Positions 27,116-40,040 of a stretch of 64,000 bases of DNA are shown here, piece by piece (positions within the stretch are counted from its first letter, which is position 1; each line of letters begins with the position of its first letter). The position numbers were made by a program, and so were the translations under genes. Under the pieces are notes generated by a model, which was given only the letters and a program-made list of their open reading frames with translations, did not search any database and was not told the DNA's origin. Source of the DNA: Chrysomallon squamiferum (Eukaryota; Animalia; Mollusca); NCBI GenBank assembly GCA_012295275.1, contig CM022670.1:19840001-19904000 (forward strand), read 5' to 3'.

Positions 27116-30100
27116 TTAAATTTTCTCCACACGAATCTTGATTGGCAATGGACTGGCTTCAACACGTTCTTGAAGATGGAGAACCTGTATACCTTTACCT
27201 TCAACAGACAGCTGCCGCAAATATTCCAAATCTCCATTGATACTTAGCTTCTGTAAATAAATACAAATAAATAGTCACAGATAAAATTTAAAAAACAAAT
27301 ATTAAACAAAACAAAAAAACATTTTAATAAGATGATTTCAAAATTTTAAGATATTTTGTATAATAATTAAATGATTCAGAACTTATATTTTGTCACACCA
27401 CAGGAAATTTTTACAAATACTTAGGGAGATATTTTGTATCTGTTTTGTCTACAAATGAGGAATCGTAATGCAGGGAAATGATTAGAACTGGAAACAGATT
27501 GGTGGATTCATATTGATCCTGTGACTGTTATAACCCTATGTTGTCTAAGATCTTTTTTCAATAAGGTCACTTTTCAAAAAACATATAAAAGTAATCAATT
27601 TTACCATGTGAACTCTTGCTTTCTTTACAAATAAAAACAACAGCGATAACAAGATAGTTTTTACACCAACCTGACAGTGAATTCTTTGATCCGGAGCAGT
27701 GACAGCTGCTGTTAAGCACAACCAAATCATTGTGATAGCACAGAAGAGTATTAACAGACACAGCAGTAGTCTAGGGACACCGGTCTTTTTAGCAATACAC
27801 GACAACCAGTCTGATCCAGCAGCTATGCCAGATTCTTCTATCACTGAAAAATGAGCTCCATCTTCAAAACTACGAGCAGCTCGCATCTGAGAATTCTTCA
27901 GCATGGGAGTGGCAGCATTGTCGAGTGGTTCAATATTAGTTTCCCAGTAGTTGGAGGTCCTGTCATCTATAACTGGTCCTTTGTAATCTGAAATGGGACT
28001 ACTTTTTTACAATCTTTTGTTGTAAAATTAAGAAACCAGTTTGAAACAAAAGAAAAATATAAATGTTTTAAGAGCATTTCTCATTTTATATGTAAAAAGA
28101 TGTTAAGGTATTAAAAACATAATAATAAAAACTGAAAAACAAAGTGTTTTTTATTTTTGTAGCAAAAAAAAAAGTGAAAATAATATTGCAACTCTTAACT
28201 GTAAATTTGGAATAGAGATTATTTTTTACAATTTTGAAATTTAATTACATTATCAGATATTTTATGACAAATAGTACATAAATTTTACCATCAACATCTT
28301 GTGCATCCATAAATTCAGTGAAAACTTGTGGCTGTGACTTGATAACTACAAGTTTTCCATCACCAGCAGCCATGTAAAAAGACCATCGTACAGACACATG
28401 TTTGTATGCTTTGTCTATCATGTTGCTGTAAAGGTTATGTACATACATCAGTGGATACATGAGATGCATGCTTGGCTCCACATCTTTCATCTGTCAATTA
28501 AAATTATATTCTTATAAAGTTATAGTATACTTCAAAAAACCCCATATTAATACTCATTATACTTACATCTGTTAAATAATTTATTTATATTTTATATATT
28601 TCCAAGCAGTTATTCATTTCTGGTAAATTTTATAGAAAAATTCTTATTACACTGGATAAATGATTAAGACAAATCTTAAAATGACATATATTTTATGCTA
28701 GCATCACGAAACTAGAATTACTTTCTTGAAATAAAATCTTCATGTAATCCGTGTTTTTTCATTATTATAAACAATACTCATTTAGAATTGTAAATAAATG
28801 TGTTTTTTACTTTTATTCTGCATGGTAAAATCTTTCAACAGCATGCAGATTGAAAGGCCTGTTCTAGTGCAATGAAAACCATGTGACAGAGACCAATAAA
28901 CAAATTTTAAAATAAAACATAAATACTTACCGCCTTAGCTCTCTTTTCAGCAAATGGGGCTTCGCTCTTGCACCCCAAGCTGCAAGCACTAACCTCACTT
29001 TCTTTTTTGTAAGCTTCTTTGCAACCTTCAAAAAAAAAAATTAAAAAAAATTAAATAGTCATGGATAGTAGAAGGTGAATCAAAGAGTGCTCAGTATATT
29101 TAAAGATTAACTTTCTTAGCATATTATAAAAATTTAAATTATAATGTGATGTATACGTACATGAAAGGCAGTCCTTTTCTGTTCCATTTAGATCAGCTGT
29201 CTCGTGGATAAATTCCATTATTGAATAAAACCTACAACCTCGGTGGCAAGATTCATAGCTACTGCCCTTTAAAGAAAGCAAAAACAAATTACTGCAGCTG
29301 AAACTGACCCAGTGTATGACTGCATGCATATGTGGATGTTGATGTAAGTGTAAGCATTCGTGTGAAAATGTTTCATTTATTGCCAGAAACAAATTTAAAA
29401 AAAATTAATAATTTGAAAGTACACAAAATGAAATTAGGCCATTGTACATACCACCAAAGGTAAATATTAAAATAATTTATTAATATATCAATTTATGTTC
29501 AAGCAGATATTATTATCCAGTAAAATGGCTGCATACTGTTGTTTTTCTGTTACATGTCAAAATGTAAAATGTAAAAGGCTTGTCATGGGGTATTTTTGTA
29601 TATATATATATATATATTGATTATATGCAGCTGTATATTTCTACTGTTGTATAAACTGAACAACAATCCTATTTAAAATTGCTTTGTGGTTCAGAGAGCA
29701 GGATCAAGGCTGATGGGTCAGAAGATAAATCTACTTATCATGTTAGCCTAGCTATTTCCATCATGGGAATTTCATAATACCTAATTTATCAAAGATCACA
29801 GAATACAGTTTTCTGTTTTTTGAAAGGTGCTATAAAATATCATACTTCTGATGAAAATAAATTAGTTCATTTTCTTGTACTTTTCATGTGGATTTCTTTT
29901 CTTATTTTTATATGTATTATCCTCAACAATACTCTGAATGTCTAAAAAATTTCAAAACACAGGCATGTAAAAATAGTTTATGATTCCATATCTGACATCC
30001 TTTATTTAAAGAAAATAGTATTATCCTTTTTTTTTTTGTTTTTTCTCTGTGGTTGTTGGTTTTGTTGCTTTAAAAAAAAAAAATTATTATAAAGTTTATT

Positions 30101-30705
30101 TTTCAGTACAATAGATGTTTTCAGTTTATTTAAAAATAATAAATTAATAAAGAAAAAGAAATGAATGAAAGAAAGAAGTGATTTTATTATTATTAACCTG
30201 GAAACATTTGTAATAATGCCAATGATTTCATAGCAAAATAGTAAATCTATGTGGGTGGGTCACTGAAACTGCTACTTTCATGTTGTTGTTTTTTTTTTTT
30301 TTTTTTTTTTTGTAAACCTGAATAAATTAAATTTTAAAATAAATGTAGTTTTATTTATATGTGCTTGTCAGTTTATAGCATTAAATTCAGCATGTTATTG
30401 GAATTATTTTAAACATTTCATTCAACGCATTTTAGATATATATATGTGTAATTTATTTGAAAAAAATCAAAATAAAAGTATGAAAGTATTGACAACCTTC
30501 AACCAAATGAACTAAGATTGTCAGAAGGCGGTCCCATTCTTTAACTCACCTGCTCGTACGTGTGTGATGGGAATGTATTTTTGCAAATTTCAACACAAGA
30601 TTTAACATCACCTAAAGCTCTATCAAAAACATCACTTGATGACGACTGAATAATAAAATAAATGAAAACCGAAATAAATAAAATATACGTTACGCTGGCA
30701 GCCAT
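27116..30705 (-). CDS. TMEM59: Transmembrane protein 59 (TMEM59/TMEM59L family), 6 coding exons, ~336 aa
   Basis: Exons (minus strand): 30705-30550, 29266-29161, 29025-28931, 28490-28289, 27987-27671, 27250-27116. All introns are GT-AG and phases are consistent. Protein has a signal peptide, FDRALGDVKSCVEIC, CHRGCRFYSI, ACSLGC, WSFYMAAGDGKLVVIKSQP, WLSCIAKKTG plus a TM helix, and the tail KLSINGDLEYL...EASPLPIKIRVEKI. Confidence 0.93.
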
Positions 30706-30751
30706 AATTGATTTTAGATTACGTATGGCTCTTTCCGGTTTGGTTATTTTG

Positions 30752-30761
30752 ATCACGTGAC
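30752..30761 (-). promoter_or_regulatory. CLEAR/E-box element (GTCACGTGAT on the minus strand) upstream of TMEM59
   Basis: ATCACGTGAC lies ~50 bp upstream of the TMEM59 ATG. A related ATCACGCGAC lies at ~30837. Confidence 0.5.
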
Positions 30762-30983
30762 ATCTTTAAAAGCTTCAGCGATCGGACATTTTCGGTTTTC
30801 ATTTTGGTGGGGTGGGGGGGGAGAAATAAGGATTAATCACGCGACCTGTGTTGTGTCTTTCTTTTAACCACATTTATTGTCCTCTGACAATATGTATTAT
30901 GGCTGAAAGTTTATCATTATGTTAGATATATGTATTTATCACTCCATATTTTAGCTGGGAAAATCATACACATTTAATCTTCA

Positions 30984-31022
<39 letters not shown>

Positions 31023-31927
31023 CCAATTAATAAAAATAATTACAATAAAATATTTCATACCCTGTCACTCATATATATGTACATGTTTATCCTGCGATTT
31101 GTGTGTATGTGTGTGTGCGTGTGTGTGTGTGTGTGTTGTTCAAAGTTACTTATTTAGTGTTTAATGCTGGTTTTGATCTTTAATACAGTTTTGAAAACAG
31201 CTGTCATTTACAAAATAACAAATAAACTGTAATTATTTAAGAACCATTTTTTATTAATGTATAACGACAATGAAACTATTATTATTACTATTATTATTAT
31301 TATTTGAATATTAAATGTGTTATCAACTGATAACATGATACATATACAGCATGTATATTTTAATTTATTTATTTTAAATTATAGCCTTATTAGAAAAAAA
31401 AAAAAAAAAAAAAAAAAAATTAAACGCAAAAGAAAGAAATGTTTTATCCCCTACTTATTGTGACACTGATCAGTGATATTTCTGCAAGAGCTCTTTTTAG
31501 TATTCAGTTATTTATTACCCCTCATACATTAACGTTTGTAATAACTTTTTAAAGAATGTATGACATTATTTACACACTTCTATTTATTTATTTATTTTTG
31601 TTTATATTTTTATTTCTTAAACCGAACTTTCAATCCCCACTATCGTTTTATGTTTAATAATATCAATCACTCAGTAATAATAATAATAATAATAATAACA
31701 ACAATAATAATAATAATAATAATAATAATAATTTAAAATTATTTGCCTATTCATAGTAACATATTAACAGATCGATGTTCTATTATATAAATTTAAAAAC
31801 AACAACAACAACAACAAAAACCTTCATATATATTTACTTTAATAAAATTTGCCTGTATGTGTTTGCATATCTCTCTATAATAGCATAAAAAGAAAAAGGA
31901 AAAATAATTATTTAGTGCACCGGTGCT

Positions 31928-32037
31928 GTAAATGATATTTTGTAGTAGTATTGCTACTAATAATTAATTGCTGCAGCTACAGTAAAATGATATTTTGTAG
32001 TAGTATTGCTACTAATAATTAATTGCTGCAGCTACAG
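31928..32037. repeat. ~55-bp direct tandem duplication
   Basis: GTAAA(A)TGATATTTTGTAGTAGTATTGCTACTAATAATTAATTGCTGCAGCTACA occurs twice, head to tail. Confidence 0.9.
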
Positions 32038-32266
32038 AAACAGCAGCATTTAAATAATAATAAATAAATCAATTACGATGACATGGTCTATAGGTGTAAC
32101 ACATATTTAAGTTAGACGACAGTCTATTAGTTTAGTAATTTTATTATGGAAATAATAATAAAACATAGGCATAAACGTACACCATCAAATCGGATTACGA
32201 AAATAACCGAGAGGTGCCGACAACAAAGTACTTGACGATTCTCTGCGGTACTGTTTTGTTGACAAA

Positions 32267-35200
32267 ATGTCGGATATGGAGAATGTTTCTGCAAACGAAT
32301 ATAGACATGAAGCAAAGTGTAAAATGGAAACCGATTTTCAGAATAATTCATTTGCTCAGTCTATCGAATATCGAATTATGTCTGGATCACAGATAGATGC
32401 AAAACAGTGTTTCACTGACTTAAATGGCCAAAAAGTGAAAGCAGTACCAGTTTTAGTTGATTTTAGAAGATTGCTTCAGCTTGGAAATGCCGACTACAAA
32501 AATGGAATCATTGATGGCGTATGATAGAACATATTTTGATTTAAATTCCCCTATCCCCGTTTACATTGTTTAGGACACATATTTAGGAAACAAAATAAAA
32601 TAAATAACAATCTTTTTTTGATACACTGAAAATCCGTTATGAGCACATACTGATACTGATGATGAATTTGAAAATGTATAAATTTATTAGTGTTTACAAA
32701 AGTTAAATAATTGAAAAATTAATAATAGAGAATGTTTAAGTGACCCATATCTTATTTGTCCTAAATATTATTTTCACTTTTTTCAAATTAGAATCAATAC
32801 ATATTATTAAATTTTATTGTATAATACTGTTATACGTTTTCATAATATTACTAATAACTTATTTTTTCATTGTTAAGTTTTGTATTTTGACAGATATCCA
32901 ACAGAGATCTCCTTCATGCTGTTGTTGGATTGTATGATGTTTCATTATCAGAAATGACACCCGATGTTCTCTATTCAACAATTTGTGAAAAGTGGGCCAG
33001 AACAATTGTTTTAGTACGAGACACTCAAGGTACATAGTGAAAGATTATTTATTCAGTGAAATCCAATTTTACTTAACAGGTTTTTGATAAAACAAAAGTG
33101 TATTCATCAGATGTATTCAATTATTTTTGATTAGATATATTTTAAATGGAAAAAATATAGAAAGAAAATAATAATAATAAAAAATATAAATACTTTATGT
33201 AAGTGTGAACTGGTGTGTGTGCTTATGTAAATATGTGCGCCCAATGTCTGAGATAAATATTTTGGAAATGATTTAACATAAATAAATCTATTGAATTCCT
33301 CATCATCTATTTCTTATTATCCTTACATTTTATTAATCAGAAATACTAGAAAAATTAAAAATAAGAAGAATGTATCTGGAATAGGAGAACAAAATGATTT
33401 AGTGTCAGTTGAGGTACCTTCCACTAACCTAGAGAAAAAGGACCAAACTGTTGCCAATGGAGATAAGGACACTTATGAACCAGAAGAAAGCAAGCCAAGT
33501 ATCTTCACTGGAGTCTTTAGTGACACAGAGGATGATGAAGAAGAAGAAGATGAAAGGTGAATGATGATGAACATGATGATGATAATTTCTTAGCCAGTTA
33601 GAGACATAATTTTATGTTGTGCTGGTTATTCATTCAGACATTCCAGCCCAGTCTCTGTCATTTAAAGATTATATCTGCAAAACTCAAAAACATCTATAAA
33701 TAATTGGTTCTGAAAATTACCATCCCAGTAGTTAATTGGAAATAAGAAAAAATTCTATTTACTAAAAATTAAAATTAAAATTAAATTAATGATTGATTAT
33801 TCATTTATTATTATTTCAATTATTGTTAATGTTGAATAAAAAAATTTTGATGATTTTAATTTTAAAATTGTTAATATTATTTATTTATTTATTTTGAATA
33901 TTTAGTGAAGAAGAAGATTTTTCTATTGGAATTAACAAATTTATAAAGGAAGCTTCAGAAAGGAGTAAAAGGAGGAAAGAAACAATAGAAATTAAAGAAG
34001 AAGATATTGGTGTGGAAAGTAGATTGCTTGCTTGTGCTACATTTGAAAAGAAATATATGTAAGTAAAACTGATTATCTGTGTCAAGGTTAAAATATAAAT
34101 AAGCCTGGAGGTAAAAGAAACCAAAATTATTTGAATGAATATAAATAAATAACAATATAAAAGTAGGAGTATGCGTTCATCTTTCCTTCATTCCAGTTTA
34201 TTTCTGTTTTAATTTTTCATTCTTCTTCCTTATCCCTGTGTATCTCTGGGAAGTATTACAACTAAAAATGTACCATTATTTAATATTAATTTCAGTTAGT
34301 AGAACATTTTTTAAAAAGTCAGAGTTGTCAAAATACAATTTACAGATACATGTTAAAATACTTAATATATTAAAGATAGTATGATAATTCCTTTTTTGAA
34401 ATTCATTTTTCTTTTTAGAAATCATAAAGAACTTGTAATTCATTTGACTTTGATCAGTGTCAGACAAAAGTTCAGGAACTATGGAATTGGCAGATATCTT
34501 CTTTCAGCAAGTAGCATTGATAGATCTATGATAAATCAAGGGATTTGCATGATTCCCTCCTCACAACTATTTAAAAAAATATATATTACATTTAATAAAT
34601 GTAAAATTTAATCCAGTGAAAAAATGTAATGAATCAATATTTTCTTTTTACTTCTATTTATTAAAAAACCCAACAACAACTGATCTAGCTCTTCTTAATG
34701 TTAACTAGAACATTTCTTATTATCTTAAAAATGGAGTAAATAAATAAATAAATAAATAAAAAGTATTCTCATCCATAGTGAAAATGCAGTATCATTAAAA
34801 CAATGTTTTTTTTTCATTGTTGACTAATTTAACTGATGTTTTGTCAGTCCATATATTCATTCAGTTTATTTATTTTCTATAGCTTGTCACATCACAAAGT
34901 ATAATAGGTTCATATGTTGCTGTTGTTGTCCATGCAGATAATTCTGCTGTCAATTTTTTTGCAAAGTATGGATTTTCTGATGATTTTGTCTTAAATAGCA
35001 GATTCAGGTGAGTTAACTTTACCAGTTTTAAGTAGATCCTGATTTATTTTCTTCTTTTTTAATAAAATAAAACAACAAGGAACCACTGATAACAAAAATA
35101 TAAACAAAATATACTGATTAACAAATTAAAAACATGAAGAAATATGACTACACAATTATAATTGAATAAAGTTATGAAAATTATTTTTAAATCGAAATAT

Positions 35201-35580
35201 TTTCATTATGATTTTATTAGAAAAGAGTAAAAAAAAATTATTCTTCTTCTCTCTGTCTTATATCCATAAAAAATAAAAATATTTCAATGTCTTAAAAAAT
35301 CTGGAAAAATAATATTTTTTGTTTCTGTCTGAAATAGATTTTTAAAATTATGTTTGTATTCATTTCAGTGAACTTGCAGAGCAGTTCACAAACTGTACTC
35401 TGATGTGTTATCTACCAGGATTTTCAGGTAAAATCAAATATTGCACCTGTTCAGGTAAAAATTGGTACAATAAACTAAGAGGATCTAATGGTTTTTTCTG
35501 TTGTTACATCGAACAGATTAAAATTTCATGATCTCTGTTTCAGCTACATTTTTATTTCTTTATTTACTAGTATTTATTTA

Positions 35581-35644
<64 letters not shown>

Positions 35645-38600
35645 TATGATTATATTTTTAAGTTTCAAAATGTTGTATAAATACTTTTTATGTTGTTTCA
35701 GGTAGTAAACTGCTGAAAACTTCTTATGTACCAGGAATCGAATTCTTTGAACTTGAAATGGAATTTAATAAATGGTGATTTTTTTGGGTACTATTAAACA
35801 GTTTTATTTATTTTATATATTGCATTTTCTTTCTCTTTTTTTTCATTCTTTCTTTCTTACTTTTTTCTTTTAGTTTTGAGATTTATTTTATTGGTGTTTT
35901 TAAATATATATATTTTTTTCATTACATTTTAAATTTATTGTATTGTATTGTATTGTATTCTTTATATGTTAAGATCATACTTTTTTATTTTAATCCTAGT
36001 ATCACAGTACACTGAATTTGTTATTGCATTATTGTAGCCTGCTGGTATTGCCTGTTGATAGACAAGAGTTACCATGCACTTTTTTCTCTCTTTTTTTTAT
36101 ATTTGTCTTGATTGTGATTTTTGTTGTATATTGTTTTGTTTATTATGTTTTTTTTATTTTTTTTTTACAGGAAAAACAAAACTCTGGAGTCATATCAAGC
36201 TCAGGTTGGTCTGGTTATGAGAATGAAACATGAAATTTTGCAGCTCAAATCTATTGTAAGTAATTTAATGATTTACTGCAAATTGAACACTGTGTATTAT
36301 TTATGCCCATATAGTTTTAAAAAAATAAAAGAAAGAAAAAAAATCTCCTAAACATTAGAGATACAATTATTATAGCTTTTATATTAAGTACAGAAACACA
36401 ATTATTCCACATCACCCCTTTTTTGAAGATAATTTTTGTCCAAGTTCAAAAGTTAGCATCATTTTACACTAAATATTGTTATTGATAAGTTTTTGTTTTA
36501 GGTAACAACTCAGTCAGATCTTTTATCAAAAATTGCAAGGGAAAATAATAAACTGAAAATGGAAAAACTGGCCATTGGTATGTTTATTTTTAGTGAGATT
36601 CATTATTTAATATTAATTTATGAAACCCATTCTTTTTTCTTCTTTTCTTTTTATAATATCTAGTTTACTTTAAAGATCATTGAAATGAATATTATAAATG
36701 TTTCAAAACATTTAAATTGTCACATTTGATGGATTTATATTTTTATTATTTTTCAAAAATATATTTTGTATCTGAACATTATAATTATTATGATGTTAAC
36801 TTATATCTTTGTCAGAATAAAGGTATATTTATTTATTTTATTTTATTTTATTTTTTTTTTTTTCTCTATATTTAATATTCATTTTTCTAATGTAGAAAAG
36901 GAGTTTTTCACGTACAAACTGTCAACATCCGACTCTCAGTCAGCTGCTCTGAACAGACAACTACTTGAATTAAGTGACCATGGTCAGTCTTAACAATTTT
37001 AACTATAGACCACAGGATCAGTCCTCCTCAGTTACTTGATCTGGTCAATTACCATTCTTGCCATTATTCTTCTTTTTAACATTTGTCGGATACTCTAAGT
37101 GAGTTTTCTGATAACTGTAATTTAAAGTTGTAAACCATGGCCAGTGAAGTATAGTTTCCTATCTATAGGAATGTTTATATAAAAGATCTTATGCTGCTAA
37201 CTGAAAAGTGTTGTGTAAGAACCTTCACAAGAGTTGTATCATCATTAGATAAAAACCACATTACTAAATTCTTAGTATGATTACAGTATACCAAATGTTT
37301 AATTATCATTAAATTTCCACATCTAAATAATCTGTGTCCTTAAAATGACCTTTTCTTATTAAATATAATTCTGTAATGTTGTTATGGTTTAAAAATGGTA
37401 ATAGTTGAAATGACTGTTATAAAAATAGTTATAATAAATATTTAGTGTTTATTAATGACACTAACGTTGTTCTGGTACTGTAACATTCATAACTGCTTTA
37501 CTTTATCATGATGATTATTAGGACTATTTTTGTTGCCTTATTTTTATCATCAAGCAACAGGAAAACTTTTTGTTAGTCAGTTTGACTGGTTATTCTTATG
37601 AACTGATATAAATATTGGTTTTTATCATTTTCAGATGAGGATGACAATGATGATATTTGTACTGAGGAGTTGATTGAAGATCTTCAGAGACAGGTTGACA
37701 TGTTGCAGGCAGGTTTACAGGGAAAATATCTGCATGCTGTTAGCAGCAATGGTAGCAACACACACAAAGTTACTTCCATAGGTCAGTTACTATTTATTTA
37801 AAATATCAGTAAAATAAAATAAAGAGCATTAAGTATTTATATAAAATAAGCAAGAAAAGATATTTACATCTTGTATCTTTTAGCGTATCAGAATATGTGG
37901 TCAATGATATCAGAAATATTTTCAATATTTCAGGTGCTTCGAATTACGTATCATTTCCAAGTGCATGTGTTCGAAGTCAGCAAGAACCATATGATCTCAC
38001 ACAAGATGCAACTGACTTTTATAACATCACTGAGAAATTTATAGAGTCAATGAAAGAAGATCTGAATGTTAAAATATCTTACGAAGTGACCTCTGTAGTG
38101 AAGGTATGACTATAATGATACTACATCATAAATAAATTCCAATTTAGTATTATTTGATATAATTTATGATACTTTGAAATTGATTTTACACTGTTAACTC
38201 AGATATTATGATATGATAAATACAGCCTTGATCATTAGCAAATAAAAGTTAAGAAATATATATATAATTATAATCTTGACATTGTTTTAATAAGCTTCAT
38301 GTCTGGTAAAAAAAAAAAAAAAATGTTTAATAGCCAGATATAAATAAGATGTCAGTATTGATAAAAGTTTATTTTATTAAAAAATAATGTTTTTATAAGG
38401 AACAAATTAAGGATTCTGAAACATTTAGTAGATAAAATGCATAACAATTAACTTTTGTTAATAGTAGTAATAATATTTTGTCCTCTACATCTTTCAGGCA
38501 ACATTAACAGAAGCTGTGAAAGAAAATTTCAGCAAAAGTATAGAAAAACTTCACAATTCTGACTTGGTGACAGAACTATACTATTGTGGTTCTTTGGAGA

Positions 38601-40004
38601 AGCCACACAGAATACCAGAGATTCTGAAGTTTGGCTTTTCTGAAGAAGGTAAACTTGAAAACTTGCACTAGAACCACAGAACAAAACACATTGTGCTTTT
38701 TGCTGGATATTATTATTATCATTAATCTTCTTCTTATTATAGTTGTTTGAACTGTTTTTATTATAACTACTTATATTATTATATAATTTAGAATTTAAAA
38801 AAAAAAGTATTTTTGTTGACTAAATTCCAATGATGGGTACAGGTGAAACCAATAGGTTTTTTTTGTTCATTCTGTATAACCAGGAAAAAGCTGTGCTTTC
38901 TTTACTTTCTGTTTATAGCTGATTCTATTACTAACATCTTCATCTATTTACAATGATGGCATTTTCCACAGCAATGTAAACAGTGCTGGCATGTTTGCAA
39001 TTCAGTTCTGATAACAATTTAAAAATGTTAAAAAAAAAGAAATAAAAAAGAAAAACAAAAAATAATTTTATATAAAATAAATATTGCCACAAAGAAAATT
39101 AAAGTAATAGAATTAGTGTTTATTTATTTCCTTTTGTTTGTAGATTTCTCTTATGGGGAATATGGAAGAGGTCTTTACTTCTCAAAATACCCTTCCACTG
39201 CTGCACAGTTTTCTGCAGTAAGTACACCATCTATAAATTAATTTATATTCATTTGTTTAACGAGTTTAATACTTTTATACAAACTATTTGTTTATTTTTA
39301 CATTTATTTAACATTTTGTTTAACAGAATGTAGTAATTTTTTATCAGTAGAAAATAAAATGCCTCAAGTTTACTCATTTCTAGTTGATGTTGTTTTTGTT
39401 TTTATAGGTTATCATGATACCAAAACTCTAAACTCAAAAAAGCTTTGTGTTAATGCATTTAACTGTCACTCAGTGAGATTGCTACGAATAATTAAAATGC
39501 TGTGAGATCTTCTTAAACAAATATTCATAAATTTAATTTACAGCTTGGGAAATTGCTGGTTGTTGAGGTGGGTCTTGGTTCTGTAGAAACCTGTACAAAA
39601 TTTGAACGCACAAAGAAACAACCAAATGATGGTTTTGACAGCATTATAGTAAGCGTTTTTTAAATTTAATCTTTGTTTTGTATTATTTCAGTTCCTTAAA
39701 GAGATGAGCATTGTATTTATCTTGAATTTTTAATGCCATTTTACATTACAAAAAAAAAAGAGAATTAATATTAGGATCTTTTTATTTGTTAGTTAATTAG
39801 TTTTATTTCTTTCACTTTTACATGAACCAAGTAAAGGAATGAACTAGATTAAGTTCTAAGTCGATGGCAAAATTATATTAATAAAAGACACAGATAAAAT
39901 CAATTACAACTTAAAACTTAAATTTTTAATATTACTTGTGCTTTTTGGTTTGTTGGTTAGTTGGTTGAGTTGTTTTTATTTATTTATTTATTTATTTATT
40001 TATA

Positions 40005-40040
<36 letters not shown>

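Noticed and set aside
32267-35427. Calling the GNAT gene GCN5/KAT2
   Set aside because: There is no PCAF-N region or bromodomain, similarity is only at motif level, and the C-terminus is PARP-like.
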